Below are positions 37,301-49,700 of a stretch of DNA of 64,000 nt, in pieces. A model generated the notes under the pieces. The model was not told the DNA's origin. It ran no database searches and saw nothing but the letters and a program-made list of their open reading frames with translations. Source of the DNA: Thecamonas trahens ATCC 50062. Lineage: Eukaryota > Protista > Apusomonadida. The stretch spans positions 80,054 to 144,053 of the forward strand of contig NW_013657643.1 in assembly GCF_000142905.1 (NCBI RefSeq), in the 5' to 3' direction. Position 1 is the stretch's first letter, and each line of letters opens with the position of its first letter. Made by a program: the position numbers and the translations under genes.

Positions 37301-40300
37301 CGGCTACGGCAACAATCGCGAGCTGGGCGATACCGCGACGCTGACCTGCAACAACGGGTACGTGCCGCAAGGCGGAAACAGTGTACAGACTTGTGGAGCC
37401 AGCTCGCCATCCAACGGCGCGTGGAGTGGGCCGGCCTTTGCCTGCATTCGCAAGATCAACTACTGCGCCGACCTTGCCGGCGCCAACGGGATGCCGGTCC
37501 CGGGCTGCATGCGCCGGATTGGTGACACCTGCCTCTTTGACTGCGGCCACGGGTTCATGGATGTCGGCCACGCCGCCTCGGGCTACAACTGCACCGCGCT
37601 TTCGGCTGCCAATGGAGTGTGGGATGGCGCGCCGGCGTGCTTGCTCATTCCCAACTACTGCGCGCCGCAGGCGATTGTGCCCGACGGCAGCGTTAACTGC
37701 ACCACGGCGTTCCTCGGCGACACCTGCGAGCTGACGTGTAACACCGGGTACCAGGCGGTGGGCGGATCACAGCGGACGTGTCTGGCGGCGGCCGAGTGGT
37801 TCGGTACGTGGTCGGGCGACGCGCTCGATTGCGAGAAGATCCCAGACTACTGCACGCTGCCGGCCGGGGCGTACGGCAGTCCTGCCGGGACGTGTGGGCA
37901 GGAGCTCGGCAATGGATGCTACTATACATGCGACGCCGGCTACCGGTCGCAGGTCCTGGTCAACGCAACGCGGACGTGCTCCGTGGGCTCGCAAGGCTCG
38001 GGCGGTGGAGCCTGGGTGCCGCCGTTCCCAGACCCGCTCTGCGTGCCGCTGCCGTGCCGGAACCTCCCGCTGCTGGGTAACGGGACGCTTGTGCCGCAGT
38101 ATGGTGCCGTGACTCTCGACACGGTGGATGCGACGTGCAACGAAGGCTACACGCTCGTCGGCGAGACTGTGCTGGCGTGCGAAGCCGATCCGCTTGACAC
38201 CATCTGGTCGGCGTGGTCGGCGCCGGTCCCGTACTGCGAGCCGAACAACTGTACTGCGTCCGAGGTTCCAGTCGACGGGTATGTGGTGCCGTCGCTGGTG
38301 ATCTCGACGGACGCATGGGTCTCGTACGGGTGTGATCCGGGCTTTGAGCTGTGGGGCAACACCGCGCGGCGGTGCTTGCCGAGCGGCGAGCTCTCGGGAA
38401 CGCTCCCTTCATGTGAGCCTGTGCTCTGTCCGACCAACTTTACGGCGCCCGGCAACGGGTCGATGGTGCCCGGGAGCGGCGGGGCGGTGACGCGCGACTC
38501 GGTCACGTTTGCCTGCAACACCGGGTACTTTTTTGTGGGACAGACTGTGCGGACGTGCGAGCAGGGCAACGCGACGGTGCCCAATGCGTGGTCGCACTCG
38601 GACTACCTCAAGTGCATCGGCCAGCCGTGTTATCCCAAACTCGAGGACCCTATCAACGGGAAAGTCTCGACTCATTTTGGCGAGTTCCAGGACATCGCCC
38701 GCTACGAGTGCAACGCCGGCTATGAGCTTAACGGCAACGTGACTCGGATGTGCGCATCATGGGGTAACTGGACGGTCACACCGCCGGTCTGCGATCCTCT
38801 TCCCTGTCCCACCGTCATTCAGCCGCTGAACCAGGACATGCTGTATTTTGACTCTGACGAGAGCAAGACGGTGCTCGACGGCATGACCACCGATCTGCAC
38901 CACGTCATGTGTAAGGCTGGCTTTGTCTTTTCGCCGGGCGTTCATGAGCTGTCAATGCAGTGTTTGCCTGCGCCCAACAACCCGGCTTATCCACTGGCCG
39001 TCGACTGGTTCCCTCAGCTGCCGACCTGCATCCCGCTCCCATGCCCGCCGCTGTCTGCGCCGGCTAACGGACAGGTCTCGGCAGCGGGCGGCGTCACCCG
39101 TGACACAGTGACGTATGCCTGCGATCCGGGCTACTACATTGCCGAGCGCGGCGACCAGATGGTGTACCAAATGACTGTCACCTGCCTCCCCGACACCCGG
39201 GCTCTCTCGCGATGGTCCGAGCCGCAGCCGCGGTGCGTCAAGATGCCCAACTACTGCCCGTCGGTCGGCCCGGCCGACAACGGGCAGATCTCGCTCTCGG
39301 TCCCGTCGCCTAGCCTCGAGTGGGGCAAGGACGAGTGGATCACGGCGTCTGCATGCACCGAAACACTCGGTGATGGATGCGGCAAGTTTGTGTGCAACGC
39401 CGGGTTCCAGCGAGTCGGTCCGGCAACCATCGAGTGTACCGTTGGCGCCCAGCAGGTCGGGCTCTGGTCGCCGGAGCTGCCATCAGCGGCAGAATGGTGT
39501 GAGCCGTGCCCCGAGGGTACGTACAAGTCGTTCAGCGCCCGCGACGTCGCCGAGTGGCAGTGCATCCCGTGCCCACTCGGCGGGTACTGCGCCGGTGGTG
39601 GGTCGATCCCGATCGCCGCGCCTGGGTGGTGGCAGAATCCGGACACGGGCGGCTTCCTCACTTGTGTCCCAATGACCAACTGTCTGCAGGGCGCGTGCCG
39701 GGGCGGACATCGCGGGTTCAAGTGCGAGCTTTGCGAGAACGGGTGGTACAAGAAGGACGGCACCAACTGCGTGGTTTGTCCGCCGGCCAAGCAGGTGGTG
39801 TACCCGATTCTGATTGTGCTCGCGATCTGTCTCTGTGTGCTCTTGGTCAAGCTCGCGCGCAAGTCGACGCACTACTTTGCGTCGCTGGCGGTAGGTGCCT
39901 CGTTCCTGCAAATGATCTCAATCCTGCCGTCGTTTGGCATCGAGTGGCCGAGCTTTGTCAAGTCGTTCTTCAACGTCTTCCAGATTCTGGCCCTCAACCT
40001 CTCGCAGTTTTTTGAGCCACAGTGCATGGTGGACCAGGGCTCGTCGCCGTTCCTGCTGGTGTGGGCGATCAAGATGTCGCTTCCACTCATCTTCAGCGCC
40101 ATCTTCCTGTTTGGCGGCGGGCTGGCGAGCGCGTACTACCTGATCCGCAAGTGCGTGCCGACCCGGAAACTGGAGCAGTGCTCGCCGCGGCTGGCGGGCT
40201 GGTTCCCGGAGCTGTCGAAGCTGGGACTCAAGGTGGTGCTCTGGTCGTGCCTCAATGCATTCCTCACCTGCTTGGTCCTCTGCTACATTGTGCTTACGTC

Positions 40301-41374
40301 TGCGGCACTCTCGATTTTCGGATGCACCCGGCAGGCAGACGGGACGCTGACGATGAACGCCGAGCCTGCGATGACATGCAAGAGCAAGACGTGGAACAAC
40401 ATGGTGGCAGTCTCTGTTGTGGCGTTGCTCCTGTACGGAGTCGGCTTCCCGGCCACGGTGTTCTGGGTTTTGCGGACCCGGCGGTACTCGCTGTGGAAGG
40501 AGAAGAATGTGATCCGATACGGGCTGCTGTACCAGCGGTATCTCCGCAAGTTCTACCTGTACGAGCTCGTGCTCATTGTGCGCAAGTTCCTGTTTGTGTT
40601 TGGCAAAGCGCTGTTCCCGGGCTCGCCGCAAGCGCAGATCATCTGGGCCATGTGCACGGTTCTACTGGGCTCGGGAGTGCAGTACATGTTTGCACCGTTC
40701 CGCGACTGGCACATCAACTGGCTGGAGCAGCTGCACCTTGTATCTGCTGCGTTCATTCTCATGCTGGGAGTGGTGTTTGACTCGACCGCGTCGTCGATGT
40801 CGGAGTCTGGACGGACCACGCTTGGGATCATCATCATCTGCATCATTGTCATCAACATTGTGGTGATGGGGGTGGCGGTGGGCATGGCGCTGCGTGTGCA
40901 GTACAAGCTGATGCGACACGGGGTGTCGGGTGGGTACGCGTCGGACGAGCTGCGGGTCATGCCGATTTTCTTTAAGTTTGACATGCGGATTGTGGAGCGG
41001 CAGCGGAGGGTCACGCCGCACTCCATCCTGTGGACGCTGGAGCTGACGACAAAGCGGCCACTGCCGCTGGCAACGACGCTGCTGCGCGACTCGATTGCAC
41101 TGGGTGCGACGGTGGAGGAGGTCTTGCACAACGTTGAGGGCGAGCCTGAGCGATACGCCCGCGTGGAGCAGAGCGAGGATCTGATGACGACGTATGCGTG
41201 GTACCTCATCCCGTGCCGGGGAGTGTACTCGGCGCGACTGCTGGTCGACGGCGAGCGGGTGAGCGAGCTGGTGGCTCGGGGGACGTACACCGAGGACGAG
41301 CAGGCGGCGCTGGAGCAGGCGCTGTCGTCGGAGAACGCCGAACTGGCCAAGTTCCGGGCATCGCGGCAGCGTGA
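34312..41374 (+). CDS. Large cell-surface protein: signal peptide, >20 Sushi/CCP domains, Cys-rich juxtamembrane region, multipass TM domain; frameshift near 34790; 3' end runs into a gap
   Basis: Signal peptide MARFRCRPGIGLTRTALAAVLLALALLTVEVIG. Repeated C..(L/P)...C(N/D).GY...C...W...C units. CEPCPEGTYKS...CPLGGYC...PGWW. At least 7 hydrophobic helices at ~39790-40900. Confidence 0.85.
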
Positions 41375-42219
41375 NNNNNNNNNNNNNNNNNNNNNNNNNN
41401 NNNNNNNNNNNNNNNNNNNNNNNNNNNNNNNNNNNNNNNNNNNNNNNNNNNNNNNNNNNNNNNNNNNNNNNNNNNNNNNNNNNNNNNNNNNNNNNNNNNN
41501 NNNNNNNNNNNNNNNNNNNNNNNNNNNNNNNNNNNNNNNNNNNNNNNNNNNNNNNNNNNNNNNNNNNNNNNNNNNNNNNNNNNNNNNNNNNNNNNNNNNN
41601 NNNNNNNNNNNNNNNNNNNNNNNNNNNNNNNNNNNNNNNNNNNNNNNNNNNNNNNNNNNNNNNNNNNNNNNNNNNNNNNNNNNNNNNNNNNNNNNNNNNN
41701 NNNNNNNNNNNNNNNNNNNNNNNNNNNNNNNNNNNNNNNNNNNNNNNNNNNNNNNNNNNNNNNNNNNNNNNNNNNNNNNNNNNNNNNNNNNNNNNNNNNN
41801 NNNNNNNNNNNNNNNNNNNNNNNNNNNNNNNNNNNNNNNNNNNNNNNNNNNNNNNNNNNNNNNNNNNNNNNNNNNNNNNNNNNNNNNNNNNNNNNNNNNN
41901 NNNNNNNNNNNNNNNNNNNNNNNNNNNNNNNNNNNNNNNNNNNNNNNNNNNNNNNNNNNNNNNNNNNNNNNNNNNNNNNNNNNNNNNNNNNNNNNNNNNN
42001 NNNNNNNNNNNNNNNNNNNNNNNNNNNNNNNNNNNNNNNNNNNNNNNNNNNNNNNNNNNNNNNNNNNNNNNNNNNNNNNNNNNNNNNNNNNNNNNNNNNN
42101 NNNNNNNNNNNNNNNNNNNNNNNNNNNNNNNNNNNNNNNNNNNNNNNNNNNNNNNNNNNNNNNNNNNNNNNNNNNNNNNNNNNNNNNNNNNNNNNNNNNN
42201 NNNNNNNNNNNNNNNNNNN
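41375..42219. other. Assembly gap
   Basis: N run. Confidence 1.
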
Positions 42220-42686
42220 TCTCCTTGCTGGTGCTCTCCCTGCTGGTGCTCTTAATGCTGGTGCTCTCCTTGCTGGTGCTCTCCCTGCTGGTGCTCTCCC
42301 TGCTGGTGCTCTCCCTGCTGGTGCTCTCCCTGCTGGTGCTCTCCCTGCTGGTGCTCTCCCTGCTGGTGCTCTCCCTGCTGGTGCTCTCCCTGCTGGTGCT
42401 CTCCCTGCTGGTGCTCTCCCTGCTGGTGCTCTCCCTGCTGGTGCTCTCCCTGCTGGTGCTCTCCCTGCTGGTGCTCTCCCTGCTGGTGCTCTCCCTGCTG
42501 GTGCTCTCCCTGCTGGTGCTCTCCCTGCTGGTGCTCTCCCTGCTGGTGCTCTCCCTGCTGGTGCTCTCCCTGCTGGTGCTCTCCCTGCTGGTGCTCTCCC
42601 TGCTGGTGCTCTCCCTGCTGGTGCTCTCCCTGCTGGTGCTCTCCCTGCTGGTGCTCTCCCTGCTGGTGCTCTCCCTGCTGGTGCTG
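42220..42686. repeat. 15-bp minisatellite (ctccctgctggtgct), ~31 copies, truncated by the gap
   Basis: Near-perfect tandem array. Confidence 0.97.
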
Positions 42687-42708
42687 GTTGGTCATCGTGG
42701 TTTCGATC

Positions 42709-43754
42709 ATGATGATCGTGGTCATTGTGGGTGCTCGGCTGTGCGATGAAAGGCTTGGTCTGGATAGAGCACACTCCACTCACCCTGTTTGTGGTCCTGT
42801 GTTGTGGGGGATAGGAATGACGTTCTGGTGGCATCTGGTGATACGATTTACACGGTCAACGTGTGCGGCCCACTGCATACCTCGCCGTGTGCGCAGCAGG
42901 CGCCCAACACCGCCGTGTGCCAGTCGTGGGCAGGCGGATGCAAGCCGCTGGGCTCGGCCCGTGAGCTTGTGGTAGCGCCGTTGGCCCAGGGCCAGGGTGT
43001 CCGGTTCACGGCTTCTGGTGGCGCGCACTCGACTACGTGTGGGTCGGACTGGCAGTCTGTGATCGAGCTGACCTGCGATGAGGCTGCCTCAGGCACGCCG
43101 GTGCTCAAGCTGCTCGGTCTGGCCAAGTGTGTGGCGACATTTGTGGGGGCGTCTGCAGTGGCGTGCCCAATCGCCCCGCCGAAGCCTCCAGTCATTCCGG
43201 AGACGTACTCGTTCTCGTTTGCACGGCTGGCAGGCAACAACCAGGTCTCGGCCACGACCTATGTCGGCGCGGCCAATGTCGATATGACCCGTGGACTTCA
43301 GCGGATCGACTCAACGTCAATGATCGGAGAGACCCAGGTGGCGTACCGATCCATGTCCTCCCAGCCGTATGTCGAGCACATGCTGCAGCTCACGTCGTCG
43401 CCCAAGAACAGCGATCCGACATGCACAAAGACTGCATTGCCCACTGTCACGTACATCATCAACCCGACATATTTTGACAAGGCCACGCTCGAGGCCGAAG
43501 AGCTTTTCCGCGGCATCAAGGCCTACCAGTGGAAGCTGGCCACCTCCAACACGACGTACGTCTCGTACGCGTATGTCTCGTCGTCCCTCGACCCGTACCT
43601 TATCGGTACCCAGACACTCGACGTCAAAAAGGGTGTCATCGTCTCAGAGATGCACATCTTTGACTTTACTTCAGAGCTCCCGCCCAACCCAGCGCTCTTC
43701 GATCCGCCGCCGATGTGCACCAAGCACACCGGCGCCCGCATTGGCTTCCACTAA
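42709..43754 (+). CDS. Putative secreted/lysosomal protein: mannose-6-phosphate receptor homology (MRH) domain + ependymin-related domain (frameshift near 42808)
   Basis: YTVNVCGPL...AVCQ...[10 protein letters not shown]...IELTCD...C...SAVACP matches the MRH Cys pattern. The C-terminal half has CTKTALP and ends ALFDPPPMC (ependymin-like F.PP..C). The hydrophobic N-terminus MMIVVIVGA is in the adjacent frame; the start is uncertain. Confidence 0.68.
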
Positions 43755-43765
43755 ACCCAATGTAT

Positions 43766-46700
43766 TCACTCGGAGACGGGTTCGTCGGCAAAGAGCTCCT
43801 GTGGAAGCTGTGAGTCTGGCGAGAAGAGACCCGGTGACGTCGGCTCACGAGCGACCACCGGCGTGAGAGCCGGTGTTGACCCCAGCATGATACCTCCGGG
43901 CACAACAAAGGCGGAGCGCATCGACGTCGATCCTGGCGGCCTGCGCGGCGGCGAGCGAAGAACTCGTGCCGACGCAGATGCGTGTGCAACCTGTGGGGCG
44001 AGGCCGCGGAGACGCGACTCGAGGCGAGCGACGGCTTCAAACGCCGAGCCCATCTCCGGTAGGTGGTGCGCGGCGCTAGCGACTGACGGGGCCTCAAGCG
44101 CCCTGCGAATGCACACAAGTTCGCCCTTGACAATCTCTAGCGTGCGCCCGGTCTCGACGTCAGAAGCCATAGACCGCCTCGCGCCGGCAATGCTTGGTCG
44201 CAAGGTATGCGCAGCATCAGCATAGGTGGCAAGCGCAACTCGCCACTCGTTGAGGAGCGAGCTTGCCAGCTCAGATGCATCGCTCCGAGCGTCTCCGTTC
44301 TGTAGTGCAGTCGACAGCTCCGCGGCCAGTGGTGTGAGAGCATCCTGCATGAGCCGGGTGAGGCGAACGTACAGCGCGACGGAAGTGGCCGGATGGTTTG
44401 GACCGAGCGATCGTGCGAGGGTGACAAGCGCATCGAGAGCGTGGTCTTGCCATGCCACCGGCACGTCTCGGCCGTGCGCAATCGAGCGTGCCACCACGGC
44501 GAGATGGGCAAGTGCGTGCTCAAGTCTCGTGGTTGAGAGGTGTAGCACGTAGTTCTCGTGAACAAGAGAGGCATCACAGATCTCGGCTACAGCATCGTCC
44601 GAAAGAGTGGGCGTCTCACGAGCAGCCAGCAGCATCGCGCGCATCCGCCCAAGCAAAACAAGAAGGTCGCGGACATATGCAGGAAGGCGAGCCTCGTCGT
44701 CGGGTCCGGGGGTCGGAACCCGGTTGAGGAGCAGTGTACGTAGCTGCTCATGGGCAGCGCGGAGGTCAGCCAGCTCCAGCTCCACCGCTGCCAGCTGCGC
44801 TGTGAGCTCGCGGACCTGCTCATTCGCCGAAATGGTGGACGCGCCTCGGTCCTGTGATCCGTGGATGCTCTCAATAGTCTGTGAAAGCTCTGCAGTACGA
44901 TCCAAATGGAGAGCATCGCGCTGGCGAGCATACTCCTTGACAGTCTCGAGCTCAAACTTGAGTGATGCGATGATGACAGCCGACGAGTCCAGAGAGGCGT
45001 TGGCCTCTGAGTTTGAGCGCGAGGCTGGCGCCACTGGTGAGCCTGGGGTCGACGCACGAACGGCGCCTTCGATCGACGACGCAAGCAACTGGTCCCGCTC
45101 TGTCTCCAGGTCGCGGATAGTGTCACGGAGTACACGCTCGTTGGCAACGTACTGGGCCAGGCTCTCGCGCAGGCCACGGTTTCGCTCAATTAGCGTCGCC
45201 TGGGCCGCAGACTGGTTCGCTTGTAGCAGCTCAGCTTGGGAGTCCTCCAGCTCGGCAGCTTCGCCTACGAGGACCGAAACTTCTGAAATCATGGAGACAA
45301 GGTCTGAGAGCTCGACGGCAGCGACGTGCTCATTGAGACGGTCTCGAATGGCTGCCAAATGAGAGTGCTGGCGCGCCCGAAGGACTGTGACATCACTCGA
45401 CGCGGCATCGTCACGACGCCCGCCGGCCAAGTCGGCCAAGTCGGCCAACTCCCGCTATGGTCACCAGAGCAAAGACAGCATCGTGGACAGCGGCAAAGGC
45501 GCGCGCCTGACCTGCAGGCGTGCTTAAGAGCGCTAATGGAACAGCCGTGACACTGATGAGGCCCGCGTTAATGAGAGCAGCGACAATCTGGAGAAGAACT
45601 GCGCCGTTGGCTTCGAGATCCACAGCGGCGCTGCTCGCCGCAGCAGGGGGGGTGAGTGAGCTGCCAGGTAGCGCCGAAGTTGTGCAGCGACCTCGTCCGC
45701 CCTGCGCAGCGCACGATTGCGCTCGACCTGTACAGCCTCAAGCTCATGTCGGACGGCGTTGAGTTCGGCATTCGTGGCGGAGAGCACCAGACCATGGTCA
45801 GACTCACCCGTCGAGCAAGGACAGTCTGCAAGAGCGTCTAGCCGCGCTAGGCGGCCAAGATGTGAGTGAGGAGGGGGCATCTCGTCCATGGCAATGCGGT
45901 GAGTGGAACAAGCGTCGCAAAGGCGATCCGTCTCGTCGTCCATCCTCCGAGCGACAAGCGCAAGGCCACCGAGCACGCGCTCTAGCGTACCGGCAGCGGC
46001 ATCGCGCCAAAGGACATCTCCATCGCAGCCGCGCACCAGGGCAATGCGGTCAGCAACAAGAAGGATGCGGCGGGTGGCAGTCTCCAGCTCAGCCTGAAGG
46101 ATGTCGCGCTCGGCTCGGAGAGTGGTGAGGTCGGACGAGTCAATCGCTGTCGACATGGAGTGGATTTGGGCAGTAGCAGCATCGAGAGCAGAGTGGAGTG
46201 TACTGACCTCTGCGGTGAGAGACATAACCTGCTCGTGGAGTTGCAACTGATCATCAGGGCTTGAAGTCTGCGTGCCCGCGCGCTCGCGCTCGAGCTCAAG
46301 CCTGGCTTTTGTCAGCTGGGCTTGCAGCTCGGCGAGCGCGGCCTCCTGCAACTCAGTCGCGCCATCGATCGACTCGTTGAGTGTGTCCTGCATCTTCAGA
46401 CGCAGCTGCAGCTTGCTTGCCACTTCGGACGTCTGCTGCAGCTCGGTCTCGAGCTCGGTAATCCGCGCCTGCGCCACTGCGAGTTCAGCATCGGCCTTGT
46501 CGCTGGCTTGGGCCTGCTGCAGCTCGGTCTCAAGCTCGGCGATCTGCGCCCGTAGCTCGACCATCTCGGCCTCATGCAGCTCGGCTACGTCATCCATCGA
46601 CTCGTTGAGCGTGTCCTGCATTTTCAGGCGCAGCTGCAGCTTGCTGGCCACTTCGGACGTCTGTTCCAGCTCGGTCTCGAGTTCGGTGATCCGCGCCTGC

Positions 46701-49700
46701 GCCGCCGCGAGTTCAGCATCCGCCTCGTCGTTCATCTGCGCTTGTTGCAGCTCAGTCTCGAGCTCGGTTATCCGCGCCTGGGCCGCCGCAACTTCAGTAT
46801 CGGCCTCGTTGCTGGCTTGAGCTTGCTCCAGCTCGGTCTCGAGTTCGGCAATCCGTGCCTGGGCCGCCGCGACTTCAGTATCAGCCTCGTTGTTCATCTG
46901 CGCTTGTTGCAGCTCAGTCTCGAGCTCGGTGATCCGCGCCTGCGCCGCCGCGAGTTCAGCATCCGCCTCGTCGCTGGTCTGCGCTTGTTCCAGCTCGATC
47001 TCGAGTTCGGCAATCCGTGCCTGGGCCGCCGCGACTTCAGTATCGGCCTCGTCGCTGGCTTGGGCCTGCTCCAGCTCGGTCTCGAGTTCGGTGATCCGCG
47101 CCCGTAGCTCGACCATCTCGGCCTCATGCAGCTCGGATACGTCATCCATCGACTCGTTGAGCGTGCCCTGCATCTTCAGGCGCAGCTGCAGCTTGCTGGC
47201 CGCTTGAGCTTGCTCCAGCTCGGTCTCGAGTTCGGCAATCCGTGCCTGGGCCGCCGCAACTTCAGTATCGGCCTCGTCGTTCATCTGCGCTTGTTGCAGC
47301 TCGGTCTCGAGTTCGGTGATCCGCGATTGCAGCTCGACCATCTCGGCCTCATGCAGCTCGGCTACGTCATCCATCGACTCGTTGAGTGTGTCCTGCATCT
47401 TCAGACGCAGCTGCAGCTTGCTGGCCACTTCGGACGTCTGCTCGAGCTCGGTCTCGAGTTCGGTGATCCGCGCCTGCGCCGCCGCGATTTCGGTCTCATG
47501 CAGCTGCAGCTTGCTCTCGAGTTCGGTACTCCGCGCCTGGGCCGCCGCGAGATCAGCATCAGCCTCGTTGCTGGCTTGAGCTTGCTGCAGCTCAATCTCG
47601 AGTTCGGCAATCCGTGCCTGGGCCGCCGCGACTTCAGCATCCGCCTCGTCGTTCATCTGCGCTTGTTGCAGCTCGGTCTCGAGTTCGGCAATCCGCGCCT
47701 GGGCCGCCGCGACTTCAGTATCGGCCTCGTTGCTGGCTTGAGCTTGCTGCAGCTCGGTCTCAAGTTCGGCAATCCGTGCCTGGGCCGCCGCGAGTTCAGC
47801 ATCGGCCTTGTCGCTGGCTTGGGCCTGCTGCAGCTCGGTCTCAAGCTCGGCGATCTGCGCCCGTAGCTCGACCATCTCGGCCTCATGCAGCTCGGCTACG
47901 TCATCCATCGACTCGTTGAGCGTGTCCTGCATCTTCAGACGCAGCTGCAGCTTGCTGGCCACTTCGGACGTCTGTTCCAGCTCGGTCTCGAGTTCGATAA
48001 TCCGTGCCTGGGCCACTGCGACTTCAGCATCAGCCTCGTCGCTGTTCTGGGCTTGCTCCAGCTTGCTCTCGAGTTCGGCAATCCGCGCCTGGGCCGCCGC
48101 GACTTCAGTATCGGCCTCGTTGCTGGCTTGAGCTTGCTGCAGCTCGGTCTCGAGTTCGGTAATCCGCACCTGCGCCGCCGCGAGTTCAGCATCGGCCTCG
48201 TCGCTGGCTTGGGCCTGCTGCAGCTCGGTCTCGAGTTCGGTAATCCGCACCTGCGCCGCCGCGAGTTCAGCATCGGCCTCGTCGCTGGTCTGCGCTTGTT
48301 CCAGCTCGATCTCGAGTTCGGTGATCCGCGATTGCAGTTCGACCATCTCGGCCTCATGCAGCTCGGCTACGTCATCCATCGACTCGTTGAGCGTGTCCTG
48401 CATCTTCAGGCGCAGCTGCAGCTTGCTGGCCACTTCGGACGTCTGTTCCAGCTCGGTCTCGAGTTCGATAATCCGTGCCTGGGCCGCCGCGATTTCATCA
48501 TCGGCCTTGTCGCTGGCTTGGGCCTGCTGCAGCTCGGTCTCGAGTTCGGCAATCCGTGCCTGCGCCGCTGCGAGTTCAGCATCAGCCTCGTTGCTGGCTT
48601 GAGCTTCCAGCTCGGTCTCGAGTTCGGCAATCCGTGCCTGGGCCGCCGCGACTTCAGTATCGGCCTCGTTGCTGGCTTGAGCTTGCTCCAGCTCGGTCTC
48701 GAGTTCGGCAATCCGCGCCTGGGCCGCCGCGAGTTCAGGATCAGCCTCGTTGCTGGCTTGGGCTTGCTGCAGCTCGGTCTCAAGCCCCGCAATCCTCACC
48801 TGAGCCGCCTTATTGGCAGCCCGCGCCTCTGCCAGCTCAGCTTCCATCTGCTCGTCCGCCCGCGGCCGGTTGAGCTCGGTCTCAAGCCCCGCAATCCTCA
48901 CCTGAGCCGCCTCATTGGCAGCCCGCGCCTCTGCCAGCTCAGCTTCCATCTGCTCGTCCGCCCGCGGCCGGTTGAGCTCGTCCTCGAGCTCCGCGATCCT
49001 CACCTGAGCCGCCTTATTGGCAGCCCGCGCCTCTGCCAGCTCAGCTTCCATCTGCTCGTCCGCCCGCGGCCGGTTGAGCTCGGTCTCAAGCTCCGCAATC
49101 CTCACCTGAGCCGCCTCATTGGCAGCCCGCGCCTCTGCCAGCTCAGCTTCCATCTGCTCGTCCGCCCGCGGCCGGTTGAGCTCGTCCTCGAGCTCCGCGA
49201 TCCTCACCTGAGCCGCCTCATTGGCAGCCCGCGCCTCTGCCAGCTCAGCCTCCATCTGCTCGTCCGCCCGCGGCCGGTTGAGCTCGTCCTCGAGCTCCGC
49301 GATCCTCACCTGAGCCGCCTTATTGGCAGCCCGCGCCTCTGCCAGCTCAGCCTCCATCTGCTCGTCCGCCCGCGGCCGGTTGAGCTCGTCCTCGAGCTCC
49401 GCAATCCTCACCTGAGCCGCCTCATTGGCAGCCCGCACCTCTGCCAGCTCAGCTTCCATCTGCTCGTCCGCCCGCGGCCGGTTGAGCTCGTCCTCGAGCT
49501 CCGCAATCCTCACCTGAGCCGCCTCATTGGCAGCCCGCGGCCGGTTGAGCTCGTCCTCGAGCTCCGCGATCCTCACCTGAGCCGCCTATTGGCAGCCCGC
49601 GCCTCTGCCAGCTCAGCCTCCATCTGCTCGTCCGCTCGCGGTCGGTTCAACTCGTCATCAAACTCACTTGCAGCATTGAACAATGCCGTCTTCGGCGCAT

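Noticed and set aside
42220-42686. Tandem array considered as a CRISPR array or as a poly-(SLLVL) continuation of the 2657-aa ORF
   Set aside because: There are no spacers and the context is eukaryotic. The ORF track reads through 845 Ns, so its frame there is arbitrary.
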